From: Psammoneis japonica
Lineage: Eukaryota
NCBI GenBank assembly: GCA_008632985.1
Contig: QPGO01000258.1
Location: 20,166-84,165 of the forward strand
Direction: 5' to 3'
DNA length: 64,000 nt
The notes beneath the pieces were generated by a model. That model saw nothing but the letters and a program-made list of their open reading frames with translations, was not told where the DNA came from and did not search any database. Below are positions 1-12,304 of the stretch, piece after piece. The stretch's first letter is position 1, and the number at the start of each line of letters is the position of its first letter. The translations under genes were made by a program, and so were the position numbers.

Positions 1-1648
1 CCTGCATTGTCAAGGCAAACAATGGCAGGAGCTGCAGCAAGAGTTTTCAAGCAGGTGCCATGTTTGCAGCAAACCAAGGAAAGCTGTGTGACATGTTGGC
101 AGTGGAGAAGATGCAAAAGGCCTGTGTGAAGCACAACAACCTTCAATTCATGGCTGTGCCTGGCAACAATGGGAGTGTGCAGAGCAATGGCAAGTGTTTT
201 GAAGAAAAACATTTTGAACCAAATGCATGATGGCAGCAAGTGGGTGCTCTGCTGGCATGTCATGAGCTGCAGAAGCTGTCTGTGCAAGTGCAGCAGAACC
301 AACCATGTGCAGTTGCACCACTCAGTGACAGCTCACATCTGTCAACAAGAGCTCATGAGAATGCTTCAGCCACACCAGTGGCAGTGCCCTGGGTGGCCAT
401 CATGGATCCACAGTGTGGAGAGAATGTCAACATTGAGCAACTGGAAATGGCAATCAGCTGATGGCCAACATTGAGAAGATTGAAAGAGCAGAAAATGACA
501 TCACACACACCCCAAGGGTGCTTGACACACACAGAATCAGCACACCAAGACTCTGCAGAGCTGGCATGCTGCCTGGCAGTTTGGAAGGATGAGTGTGAGT
601 GCATGTGCATGGGGTCTGCACCTGAGGCACAAAAATGCCAAGGCTGGCAAGAAGATGCTGAAGAAAGGTGGTGCAACACAGCTTCTCTCTTGCTTTGCAG
701 CAGTGGCATCAGCTGACAATCATTGCCTCAAAGAAGCTCCAAAGCAAAGTGTGCATCATGCCAGTCAGACATCTTTGCATCAACCAAAAGATGACAGTTT
801 TCTGTGAACATTTTCACCTGGCAAAACTCCTCTTGCATTTCCCAAGAAGTGATGCCCATGTCTCACAACCAAAGCTGCCAAGAAGTGATGCCCACATTGC
901 AAATTGTTTGCAAGCATGTGTTGCCCCACAATCATGCTTTCAATCTGTCTGACAGACTGGCAACAAGGGTCACAAGAATGTTGGATGGAGCACAATCATT
1001 GGCGGGTGTGGTCATTGAGCTGGAGACAACTGGCATGACTGTCAAGATGACAACTGGCTGAGGAATCAATGCATTGCAAATGTGTGAGGGCCAGCAGACT
1101 GTGCACTGCTCTTGCACAAATGCATTTTCACATGATCAAGTGCCCACGTTGGTGATTTGTTTTCCCAGCTCTTCTTTGTTGCTGTTTTTTGCGGCATGTG
1201 CTGATGCCGGTGCATGTCTTCTGCGATGCTGCTGGGGCAAGATGAATTTTGCACTCACAAAAAGGAGTCCAAACCCATTTGCATTTTCTGAGAAGAGCTG
1301 TGCAAGCTTTGACAGTCTGAGTTTGCAGACAAGCTTCAGCTTTTTGGTGCTCCTGCCATGGCTGGTTTCATTGGGGGGAAGGGGGTGCCCAGGGAAAGTT
1401 CTTGGCACTCTGGGGACACTTGGGGGTGCCCAGGGATGACTGGGGGTGGGCATCCAGGGACAGTCAGACCTGGTGGGATGTTTTGGTGTCTCCAGCAGGA
1501 AGATGTGGCTTGTCAGGGAGAGAGGGCAACCCCCCCCCCACCAGAGTGGAAGCAGCAAGAGATGGTGACATTCTTCATGTCTGCACAATGTCTTGTTCAT
1601 TGTTGCTCCCACATCAAGTGCGATGTCTTGTTCCAGAGCATTGCAGAA
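1..1648. other. TpA/CpG-depleted, TG/CA-saturated hypermutated domain 1
   Basis: By eye no TA dinucleotide before position 1649 and only a handful of CG (first near 1003); abrupt return to normal composition at about 1649. Confidence 0.9.
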
Positions 1649-1953
1649 TAGCGATAAGTAGATAACATTCATTACGAACGAAAGCCAACTTCCGTCTCGG
1701 CCACTGATTGTTTCTACTTGAGCCTACGACTAACCGAATGCAAACGTGCCCACATCGCATCGAGCGAAAATCGAAAATCGTAGCGGGACTCCGTCGGATT
1801 TTCTACGGGCTTCTCTGGTACAGTTTCTACGCATTCACGAATGGGCCAGCCGCAACAACGAGCGACCGTCACGCTCACCACACAATTTCAAGTTTTGCTT
1901 GCATTGAAACACTCTGATACCAATCTATCTTTATTGATACTACTACCCCCATT

Positions 1954-3801
1954 ATGATTGCATACATTGCACTACTCATTCAATTTATCAACCTCCTGCT
2001 ACGCCTATTTCACGGTAAGCAGAACCACGGCCGAATCGTTGGCGGTTTCCTTTCGGAAGTGTGGGACAAATTTCGCTACACGATTCACGCTGTCGTGTCC
2101 TTTGTCGTTGCGATCTGGCAAGTTCTCCTCGCCTTGTATGCTGGATTATTCATACACTCCTCGTTGAAGTTGATTGGTGATAAGGTCGATTTCTTGTACT
2201 ACCGGATTATGGAAATCGACGACCTTACCACTCTTCTTTGGGATCGAGCGTGCGATGCTGTTGCGGCTGCTCTCGCGGTTGCTGTGGTTTTATGGACCAT
2301 GTATTATGCCATATATGTTCCCTTGCGGTTTGTATCCCCTTGGCTGCTGTTGTTGAAGCATAAATTGTTTGGCCGCGGACGTGTCAGTTGGAAACCTGAC
2401 CCGATAATGCTTCAACACCATGGCGTTGGCGACGCTCCTCCAGTCCCAACCGGCGTGGCCGCTCCACGAAGTCTTCGGATACCTCGATACACCCGTGTCA
2501 TTCCCCTCTTGAATGATCAGCAATTGGCTGCTGTGCTGCTTGAGTTTGACTGGAAGCAAGACCGATACATTCGTGAGTATCAAACGGATCCAAGGTACGA
2601 TCACTGGCGTGGCTGGGTGCGGACTCCAGCAGCAATTGAAACGGCCAAGGTTGTTGCAGCGGTTGACGAACCCATTGCTGATGCTCCTCCAGTTCCTACC
2701 GGCGTGGCCGCTCCACGATGTCTTCGGATCCCTCGATACACCCGTGTCATTCCTGTCCTGAATGATCAGCAATTGGTTGCTGCGCTGCTTGAGTTTGACT
2801 GGAAGCAAGACCGATACATTCGTGAGCATCGTACGGATCCAAGGTATGATCACTGGCGTGGCTGGGTGCGGACTCCAGCGGCCATGGAACCGGCCGAGGC
2901 TCTTGCTGATCCAGTAGAAAGGCATGTCAGGTGGAAACCCGACCGAGTGATGACTCAAGATTATCACGTTGGTGACATTCCTCCAGTCCCAACCCGTGTG
3001 CCTGCCAAACGCGTTCTTCGACGTGCACGTTACACCCGTGTGATACCCGTATTGAATGATGAGCAGTTGGCTGTGGCAATGCTTGAATTTGATGCGGGTC
3101 AAGAAGAAAGTATTCATTACTGGGACTCTGATCTTTCGTGTGATCACTGGTGTGGCTGGGTGCGGACTCTAGCTGCCATTGGACCCGCTGATGCTACGGA
3201 CAACAGCCCCATTGCTGACGATGCCTCGGATATTTTGGATATGGAACCGGCTGAGGATACGGACAACAATCTAAATGCTGTGGAGGAAGCAGTTCCTGAT
3301 GTTGTTGAAGAGCCTTGGGAAGCCTTGAACGAGCCTGCTGCGACTGTTGACGACGCACCAGACGATGCGGAGGTGGGCGTTACTGTTGCTGTAGTAGAGG
3401 AACCTGTCGTTGAAGCCGTGGACCATCCTGCTATGGCTATTGACGATGCTCCAGTTGATGCGGAGGTGGGCGTTCCCGTTGCTGACGTTGAGGAACCTGC
3501 TGTTGCTGACGCTACGGACGATCCCGTGATTGCTGTACACGACGAGGAAGTTGTTCTTGGAGCTGTAGCCGAAGAGCCTGACGATACTTTCGACGTTCAC
3601 GATATGGCTGCCGACAACAATCCAGTGGCAGAGGAGGATGCTGTTCCTGATGCTGTACTTGTGAGAAACAAGGAAAAGCAAGCCCACACTGGCCAATTGA
3701 GACGCTCGCCTAGGCTCCGTCAAGCCGCTGGCAGTGTCTTTCTTTCGTCTAATACTGGGCGTGTCGTGCGTAGATCCGCAAGGATCATGAGTCGCCGCTA
3801 G
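1954..3801 (+). CDS. Orphan 615-aa protein: hydrophobic N-terminal segments, three ~75-aa internal repeats, acidic region, C-terminal double RRSxR(L/I) tail
   Basis: Long ATG ORF in normal-composition DNA; repeat PPVPT..APR.LR..RYTRVIP.LND.QL...LLEFD....DHW.GWVRT occurs 3 times; ends LRRSPRLRQAAGSVFLSSNTGRVVRRSARIMSRR. Confidence 0.8.
   Translation: MIAYIALLIQFINLLLRLFHGKQNHGRIVGGFLSEVWDKFRYTIHAVVSFVVAIWQVLLALYAGLFIHSSLKLIGDKVDFLYYRIMEIDDLTTLLWDRACDAVAAALAVAVVLWTMYYAIYVPLRFVSPWLLLLKHKLFGRGRVSWKPDPIMLQHHGVGDAPPVPTGVAAPRSLRIPRYTRVIPLLNDQQLAAVLLEFDWKQDRYIREYQTDPRYDHWRGWVRTPAAIETAKVVAAVDEPIADAPPVPTGVAAPRCLRIPRYTRVIPVLNDQQLVAALLEFDWKQDRYIREHRTDPRYDHWRGWVRTPAAMEPAEALADPVERHVRWKPDRVMTQDYHVGDIPPVPTRVPAKRVLRRARYTRVIPVLNDEQLAVAMLEFDAGQEESIHYWDSDLSCDHWCGWVRTLAAIGPADATDNSPIADDASDILDMEPAEDTDNNLNAVEEAVPDVVEEPWEALNEPAATVDDAPDDAEVGVTVAVVEEPVVEAVDHPAMAIDDAPVDAEVGVPVADVEEPAVADATDDPVIAVHDEEVVLGAVAEEPDDTFDVHDMAADNNPVAEEDAVPDAVLVRNKEKQAHTGQLRRSPRLRQAAGSVFLSSNTGRVVRRSARIMSRR
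2430..3180 (+). repeat. Three in-frame coding repeats (~230-300 bp period) inside the 615-aa ORF
   Basis: CTCCTCCAGT.CC.ACC...CACTGG.GTGGCTGGGTGCGGACT recurs near 2435, 2685 and 2980. Confidence 0.9.
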
Positions 3802-4589
3802 ACTCATTATCTGCTTCTTTTGTATCCTTGGAAATCGAGCATGCATGGGGGCATCTCTTGATTCCATTTCACGGTACAATACAACTTTTATGCGCATCAA
3901 AGACTCGCCAACATTGCACGAGTTTGTCGTGCAATTCATAAAACCATGGGGTGCACTCGTTATATCACGTTACATTCGAATGCACCCCCAATGTAAGTAA
4001 AGTTCGTGCCTCCTCTCCATTTTCCATTGAGACTTGTTTTCTAACCTTGCTTTTTGTTTTCATTTCACAACATAGAAATACACCCTTTACCCGGTTCGAC
4101 CACTCGACTTGAAACGATACGACAGACAGTCTTTGTTGAAATACTAAGGTTCAAGTAACCGTGGGTCCCGCCCCGCAACTTACGTTCTTTCAAACAAAAT
4201 GTGTACCAGGCATGATTGGTCTTTCAACATAAAGAATACTCTGTTCGTATCGGCTCGAGACCCGTGGAGGTCAATGGACCAAACCTATAACTTTGAATGT
4301 CGGATGCTGAGATATACGAATTAAAATAAGGTAGTAGTGACAAAACGGAATCGGACGCCAAGGATAGCGGCTCCATTGTTGTTACGTATTCCGTGGCGTC
4401 TAGTAATAATTAGTAGGGCCTGGGTTTAACTGTGTAGTGGTACTTTTATTTGGTATTCCCGTCCTGTGTAGTCAGATATTGTGTAAAGCTTGCGTACGAA
4501 GTATGTCTATAAGTTGCCATGAAGAATTACTAGGTCTACACGAAGGAAATCAGACGTTTTTCCGCGTTCTCATAGGTCCAACACGGTAG

Positions 4590-6195
4590 CTACAAGCCTT
4601 TTCGAATCATGGCCAGAGCCATGTCTTCTTGCACCTTGATGTCAATGCTGCCGCCAGTATCCTGGTCACCGCTACTTGATGACGACGACGACGATTCTGA
4701 ATCGCTCTCTTCGTCGCTGCTGCTGCTGCTGCTACTACTAGAAGTAGAAGACACCTCGTCGTCACTATGTCCACCAAGAGTCACCATCATGCCAGTATCC
4801 TGCTGCTGCTCATCCAAAGCACCCTTTGCTTTGATTCGTTTCTGTTTGTGCATTTCCCGTACTCGCTCGTTTTCCTGTCGACGATCCTGCTTCATATTAT
4901 CCTCCAACCGCTGACGCACCTTGTCGACATAAGCATCCGCCAATGAGTCCCGTTCCTCATGCATAGTGTCCGTATTTTTCAAAGAAAGCATGGTAGGATC
5001 CTGTTCCTGCCCATCGTCATCAAAGACGATTCGAGTATTCTTGATATCTGAGCCTCCATCGACCTTGATTCTCGCGGCCTTTCGAGATTTGTTAACTTCA
5101 TGAATGCCACCCTCGGTTGCGTCTACCGGTACATCCTCATGGCTCCACTCGTGCCGTTGCTTTAAAACCAACAGGTCGTCCTCTTCTTTTTCCTCCTTGT
5201 TTGTGCTTTCCAGCGGACGCTTCTTGTAGTGGAGCTTAGCAATCTTTTTCGCCAACTTTTCCGCCTTGGCTCGCTCTTTGAGCTTTTGAAGCTTGTGATC
5301 GACGTTTTTGGATTAGCGCACTTGCGTTCGATCCTTGATTTCAAAGCGTAGTCCCAGAGAAGGGGCAAACTCGTCCACGGTCAAGTCATTCACCTTGAAG
5401 ATGTCCTTGTTTGGCATTATATGAATCGATCGTTGATAAGACTGAAATGCATTTTTGGCGAGCGATTGTGGCTTAGGATTCGACGCGACAAGCGAGGCTG
5501 CATGTTGGGTAAAAAGAACCGTCTTGGATGGTTCATGGCCAGCTTTTCAACGGCACGAGAGACTTGCTCAGCAATTCCAAGATGCCGGCTTATTCCTGTG
5601 GCGTGACACGCAACAACGACTTTCCACCACAATTGTACCGTGTTGTTCGTCCGACACGTTGAATATACATGTCTTGTTCTTTGGGCGCATCCACTTGAAC
5701 CACCCAATCGACGCTTACAAAGTCTACCGGTAGCCCGCGCGCCACGACATCTGTGGCAATTAAGACGGCCTTTGGTCGATGTACAAAGTCAAAATAAATA
5801 GAGGTTCGTTTGGTTTGCACCAGCTTGCCATGCAACGCCATGACGGGAGTACCGGGATGAAGCACACAAAAGAGCTGTCACGCAAAGCGTACTTGGGAAC
5901 ATGACGCCAAGAATATAATCGATTTTGACTTGAGATGTGACTTGATAAAGGAATACACCATGTTGAGCTTGTGCTCGAGGAGAACCACAACGAAAGACTG
6001 AACCAGATTGGATGGAGTAGATGTTGACTCCTTGTAGTGTACACCAAGGTATTTAGGCGTTTTCAACGACAAGGCAGCCAAATCAGAAACTCGTTTCGTC
6101 TGCGTTGCAGAAAACAACAAAGTTTGTCGTTCGCTCGGCAGATTATACATCATGTTTCTCATCGCCCCGCTTCTTTTGGGGATAGCGGTGCTTAT
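4590..6195 (-). pseudogene. DBP4: DEAD-box RNA helicase DDX10/DBP4-like pseudogene, copy 1 (frameshifted, N-terminal helicase core deleted)
   Basis: Fragments in several frames: RQTLLFSATQTK (motif III), KLNMVYSFIKSHLKSKSIIF, ATDVVARGL (motif V), YIQRVGRTTRY (motif VI), acidic/basic C-terminus ending EDMALAMIRKGL. The 5' leader joins directly to motif III, so Q motif, motif I and DEAD are missing. Confidence 0.85.
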
Positions 6196-7431
6196 AATAA
6201 GTTTCTAGAGAAACAAGATGTGCTGACGAAAACATCATCCAGACAACGTACCGTCCATGTACATGATCATTCCGCTTCCCCCATGCCCATACCGTGGACG
6301 CAAAAGGGTCTCAACGATTACTGGGATTGCGTTGCAGCAGATCCTGATTTCTTCGGCGTCGCGGGCCAGGACAACTCTCCATCTAATGGATTCTACCATC
6401 ACAATTGGAAGGCTTTGAGAGATCCGTCTTACCTGTACGGATCAGATTCGTTATTTCAGTAATTTTACAAAGAGTTTGAGAGAAAACACATAGAAATGCA
6501 TGGTGGGCACAAGGAGAAGCGCTCAAAGTAACAAATAATCTTTCGCTTTGCAAACGACTGAGTGAAATGCATAGAGATATTATCATTTGCAAAAGCCAGA
6601 CCCCAACGATAAGATATACGTACTGATCAAATTATAAACACAGACATTGCATGAGTTGCAATGCTTGGATCTTGGTGGTTTGCAAATGTTGCACGTTGAA
6701 CAATATCAGTATCCCGAAAGAAACAGAATAAGTGCCGGACCGCTAACGTCTTTTGGAAACACACCAACCACGAGCCGCGACGTCCAGAGCTCGTCTCAAA
6801 CACTCCAAAGGTGCCCCACACATCAGCGCCTTTTATCTATATTTATTATGAAACGAATGAGGCATAGGTAAAGGGATGAGAGGAGGGAAATAATAACAAA
6901 CTCGACGAAACATACCGGAACGACGACAACAGCAGCAGACTCACAGACTCACACACCGAAGGAGTCGAAACCGATTTTCTTGCGTGGAGTGGCACTTGTC
7001 AAAATCGATCCAACACGTGATGGTGCTAAAGATAAATGACGACAACATCACGAGTGACTCACCTTGTGAAAAACGGTGGCAACGACGGTGGACGCGACGC
7101 AAATTCGCCATGGTGGCTACGCAAATTCTGCGTTCTTCGTGGAATTTTAATTTTTCGTTTTCCTCGTCCGCACCACTGACAGACCTCCAAAATTTCTCCT
7201 GGCCGGCCGCGGCCGGCTAGCTGTTTCTCAAAATGTATCCTTAAGTCACGTATACCAGTATATTTTAAAAACTTGATGTTGTTTTTGGCGATCGGACATT
7301 TTGGAAACAGTTCTGTGGTATGACATTCTCGTATATTTCTACGATGAACCTGATGTCACAAAAATCAAACCCACTCGTGTTTCAAACAAGATGATGATCT
7401 CTTCTTCACGCAAAAACCACACAATCTCACG

Positions 7432-9254
7432 ATGCTTTCAAGCACATCCACAATGTCCAAACAAACAATGAGATACAACCTTTCTTCCCGTACCGTTCCA
7501 ATGGAGAGCATGGGGCGGGCTCGCATGAGCGTCGGCGACAAACGCAGCAGGCTGTTGACCGAAGACGAGGTTTCCCGCGACATGAAGCTTTCGACAAGCG
7601 GACGTCCTTCGAAACGTCTCCAATGGCAGTCATCGGTTCAGTTGAGCGTCATTCCAAGCAAACACGATACCTCCAACGTGTACTTGCTGGACGAATCGAC
7701 GGGCATCAATGCATCCTCAACAACATCCGAGCAGGAATCACGACAAGGCATTTCGAAACCATCTCGTCTGGAAGTTCAGCCGGAGCTTTCAGATTGGTCA
7801 CCGATATACTTGGGTTCAGACGAGTCATCGCTACTCCGATGTTATAATGAGAGCTCCCAGCACGATCACTTTGCAAGTGTTGTGCAACAGATTGCTGGCC
7901 AGTCTTCGAGCGAATGCTTGTTTGTCGATCCGAGTTGTGGTCACAAGAGGTGGTTTCGGCACACATGCAGTGCGGAACTTGGTTCACGCAAACGTCGTCG
8001 GACTTCCTACAAGCAAGTTGGTGACAGCGTTCTTGTTGGTTCCATTCACAAGGAGAGTAGTGACAATGGAAACAACCATCTAGCATTCGGCTGGGGACGT
8101 CCAAAGCCCTGTGCATGTGTGAACGACACTTGCTTTCCTCGCACGCGTCGAGACCTCCACCCAAAGACTATCCGTGCCCCGAGGAAACGCCGCATGGATG
8201 AGCACTCCAAGCCTGACCATTCATTGTACGTTATGGAGAAGCTGTCTGTTCAAGAATCATCGAATGAACGTTTCATAGACACCTTCTCCGGCGACAAAAG
8301 GAAGTATCAGCGCAGAGCATTGGGTTCTCGGAAACGACGCATTATCACACGTGATCAAGATGACGTATGCGGTGGTATTACCGGTAGACTCAGCGCTAGT
8401 CCTGAGGAGAGCAGTCAGAGTGTAAGTCATTTTATCGTTTGTATTATCGCTCCTTTTCGTTGACAATTGACTAAAACCTATTTCTACTTCTACCTTACTC
8501 TCCACAATCACAGCTTGCACCTGATACATCGAGTCAACACGAGACATCTTCCATTGCATCTGTTGCGGCAGAGAATCCTCTCGATGCGATTCTTTTAGAT
8601 GATGATCACGTCCAAGAGGTGACGGTTCCTGCAGCGGCGAGTACGGTGCAAGATGACCCTTCCGATTTCGATGCGTTTGGTCCAGATCATCACAATGACT
8701 TGCACGAAGTGTTGATTGGTGAACAACAATTGGAAGGGTCTCACTTGCCTGCTTCGGACAAGGATGGTCCCTTCCACAATATGGCATCAGCAATGGCGGT
8801 GCCTTCAGCGTGCGAGGTTCCGTCCGACGATGAGGCTTCCGTTCCAAATCAACACAATGGCTTGCCTGAAGTCTTGGGAGAAGATCGAGAAGAAGAAGGG
8901 CGTGTCGAAGTGCGGGAATCCCTCATTACGGATCACCGTGCTTCTGACAGCGACGATCCTATCCACGAGACGGCGTCAGCAGTGGTGGTACCTTCGGCAC
9001 AAGAGATCCCTGCCGACGAAGGCAATGAGAACCTTCCAGACCAGCATGGTGGAGACGAGTTGTTGGTGGAGACGGAACACGCAGAAGGTCAACACGTTCA
9101 AGCACCTACATCCCTCATTACGGATTCAATCATTCCAAGGCGGTCTGTTCGGCTTAGAGCAGCTTTGGGAAGCGTGTATGTCCTCTCTGCCGATGGGAGA
9201 ACTGTTCGAAGGTCCGCTAGAATCTTGAACCGGCGACATGACGCCGTTGGGTAG
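7432..9254 (+). CDS. Predicted two-exon orphan protein (7432-8421 + 8514-9254, ~576 aa) with C-terminal double RRSxR(L/I) tail
   Basis: Phase-0 GTAAGT donor at 8422, CTAA branch-like site near 8471, CAG acceptor ending 8513. The splice joins the 343-aa ORF in frame to the 8619-9254 ORF, which ends PRRSVRLRAALGSVYVLSADGRTVRRSARILNRR. Confidence 0.7.
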
Positions 9255-10559
9255 TTCGAGTGCATGCGGGAAAGAAGAAAAACACGGGAAGAGAGAAGAG
9301 CGGGAATTAGAGATAGCGAGAAAGGAGCTGGAGTTAGAGACAAGGAGTGGAGCATTTGTAGAAGAGAGAAAAAGAATCGGGGAAATGGCGAGGCGGGAAG
9401 AAGACTGGGTTCGGAAAGGACTGCAGGTAGTAACACTCACACTTGCCTTTGCTTGCTTTACAAGTTCCCGAATGGAAGAATTGAGTCTGGCAGCGGCTTT
9501 TCTGACCATACTCTGGATCCGTGTGTATGAATAAGCATGGTGCAGTTGCTTTTGTGATCGTATCGATCGGTAAGTTTCGGGTGAGCAGCGATATTCTATC
9601 CAACAGAATCTTCGTGGCGCCTGCAGTTCGGCACATATAACGCACAGCACGTACCTGCATATTCAACATTTTGGATTCAGCTTTATGGCGATGGAAAGCT
9701 CAATGCCTGATTCAATGATTCCTTCTTGGGACTGAAAAAGCAAGATTGGCCGTGGACAGTCAGTGTGTTGCTTGCACCGTGGACGGATCCAGACTTGTTT
9801 CTGCAATGGAGTACTTGATGATTTTAATACCTTTACTAGTCGGAAAGATTTCTGTGGGGTTTCAAAGAAACAAAAAAATAGTATGGTTGTGTTAGCAAAT
9901 TCGGTAGGCGTACGGAGAGTTTTGAAGCCGCACGTTCAAATGCACATGCGTAAAGCTCATACCTTCTACAATCGCAACGTAGGCTTTGTTAACTCAGTGT
10001 GTAGTTCTTCAAGCATCGATACGATGTCCTTCGAGCATCGACTTTGTCTTGTAAGTATCGTCCATCGCAATGCTTGCCGTTCGATCTTGTCGGACTCGAT
10101 GAATCCCTTTTGAGACTGAAAAAGCACCATTGGCCGTGGACAGTACGGTACGGTGCAAACCTATTTTATTGAAAGGTCTTTTTTCTTTTTGGACTGACGG
10201 CGGTAGCATCTTTTGTGTTATCAACCAGAAGCGCAAAAAACGCCAATGGTGACGCTCTTCTTCAAAAGTCGCTTCGAGAGGGGACGTCCTTGAGTGGATG
10301 CTTGTAGCTAATGTTCTTGAATCGTTTGCAGTTGCAATCGCCTACATGGTATGGAATGCTTGTACTCGTAGTTGTTTTCTGCTGTTTGTGTCTTTCCAGA
10401 GAGCATGCGCATGGACTATCTAGAGATGTCTCAGGACGCCCTCATGCGTCAATCTCAAGGGACGATAAAGCAGTTCAAGACGACGCCCTACCTGGTACTA
10501 TTGAACGTTGCTTTAGAGGCGCTGCCACGAGTAATAGCGCCGTATATCAGAGTAGCTCG

Positions 10560-12304
10560 CTGCCTGTATCCTTGTCATCACTACTTGATGATGATGAAGA
10601 CGATCCTGAATCGCTCTCTTCGTCGCTGCGGCTGCTGCTACTACTAGAAGATACCTCGTCATCACTATGTCCACCAAGTCACCATCATGCCAGTATCCTG
10701 CTGCTGCTCATCCAATGCACCCTTTGCTTTGATTCGTTTCCGTTTGTGCATTTCCCATACTCGCTCCTTTTCCTGTTCACGATCCTGTTTCATGCCATCC
10801 TCCAACCGCTGACGCACCTTGTCGACATAGGATTGATTTGCATCCGCCAACGAGTCCCGTTCCTCATGCATAGTGTCGGTATTTTTCAAAGAAAGCTTGG
10901 TAGGATCCTGTTCCCGCCCTTCGTCATCAAAGACGATTCGTTTATTCTTGGCATCTAAGCCTCCCTCGACCTTGATTCTCTTTGCCTTTCGAGTTTTGGT
11001 AACCTCATGAATGCCACCCTCGGTGCGTCTACATCCTCCTGGCTCTACTCGTGCCGTTGCTTTAAAACCAACAATTCGTCCACTTCTTTCTCCTCCACGT
11101 TTGTACTTTCCAGCGGACGCTTCTTGTTGTCGAGTTCAGCAATCTTTTTCGTCAACTTTTCCGCCTTGATTTGCTCCTTAAGCTTTTGTAGCTTGTGATT
11201 GACGTTTTTTGGATTTGCGCACCTGCGTTCGATCCTTGATTATTTGTAGAAAGCGAAGGTTGGGAGTGAAGGGCAGTCCCAGAGAAGTGGCAAACTCGTC
11301 TACGGCCAAGTAATCCAACTTGAAGATATCCTTGTTTGGCGTTAAATGAATCGAACGTAGATAGGATTGAAACGCCTTTTTGGCGAGCGATTGTAGTTTA
11401 GGATTTGACGCGACAAGCGAGGCTGCACGTTGGGTAACAAGAACCGTCTTGGTTGGGTTCATGGCCATCTTTTTCAACGGCACGCGAGACTTGCTCAGCA
11501 ATTCCATTATGCCGGCTTCTTCCTGTGGCGTGACACATATTAACGACTTTCCACCAAGATTGTACCGTGTCGTTCGTATCACACGATGGGGAGCACCCAC
11601 TTGAACGACCGAATCGACACTTGCAAAGTCCAACCCACGTGCCACAACGTCTGTCGCAAACAAGACGGCGTTGGGTCGATGGACAAAGACAACTTGCCGT
11701 GCAATGCCATGACGGGAATTCCGGGTAGGTTGAAGCGCACAAGAGAGCTGCCACGCAAAGCGTACTTGGGAACATGACGCCAAGAATATAATCGATTTTG
11801 ATTTGAGATGTGACTTGATAAAGGAATACACCATGTTGAGCTGGTGCTCGAGAGGAACCACAACAACAGACTGAACCAGATTGGATGGAAAAGATGTTGA
11901 TTCCTTATCATGTACAGTACACCAAGGTATTCGGGCTTTTTCAGCGACAACGCAGCCAAATCAGAAACTCGTTTCGTCTGCGTTGCAGAAAACAAACAAA
12001 GTTTGTCGTTCACTCGGGCCGCACCCAAAATGTCTCTTCCACATAGATCATGAGGGATACAAGCGTTTTGTATTTCAGTCATGGTGACAAAGTTAGCTCC
12101 ATCCAATCCACGCAACGTTGCTTCTGACGAAGGGCAAAGCTCGAAACGAAACATGCTGACCAAGCGTAGGAGTATCCTCGACCAGGAGCTTCTGCAGCAA
12201 CCCGCTGTTGAAGACTCTCAATCTCCTGCTCTCATTTTACAACATGTCTCTCATCGCCCCGCTTCTTTTGGGGATAACGGCGCTCGGCGCTTGTACTTGG
12301 CCAT
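10560..12304 (-). pseudogene. DBP4: DEAD-box RNA helicase DDX10/DBP4-like pseudogene, copy 2
   Basis: Q-motif region (LRGLDGANFVTMTEIQNACIPH..GRDILGAAR) jumps straight to FSATQTK (motif I to DEAD deleted); FATDVVARGLDF and AKKAFQSYLRSIHL present; multiple frameshifts; collinear with 4590-6195. Confidence 0.85.

Noticed and set aside
2290..3939. Long antisense ORFs (285 aa, 222 aa)
   Set aside because: Shadows of the 615-aa sense ORF and its repeats.
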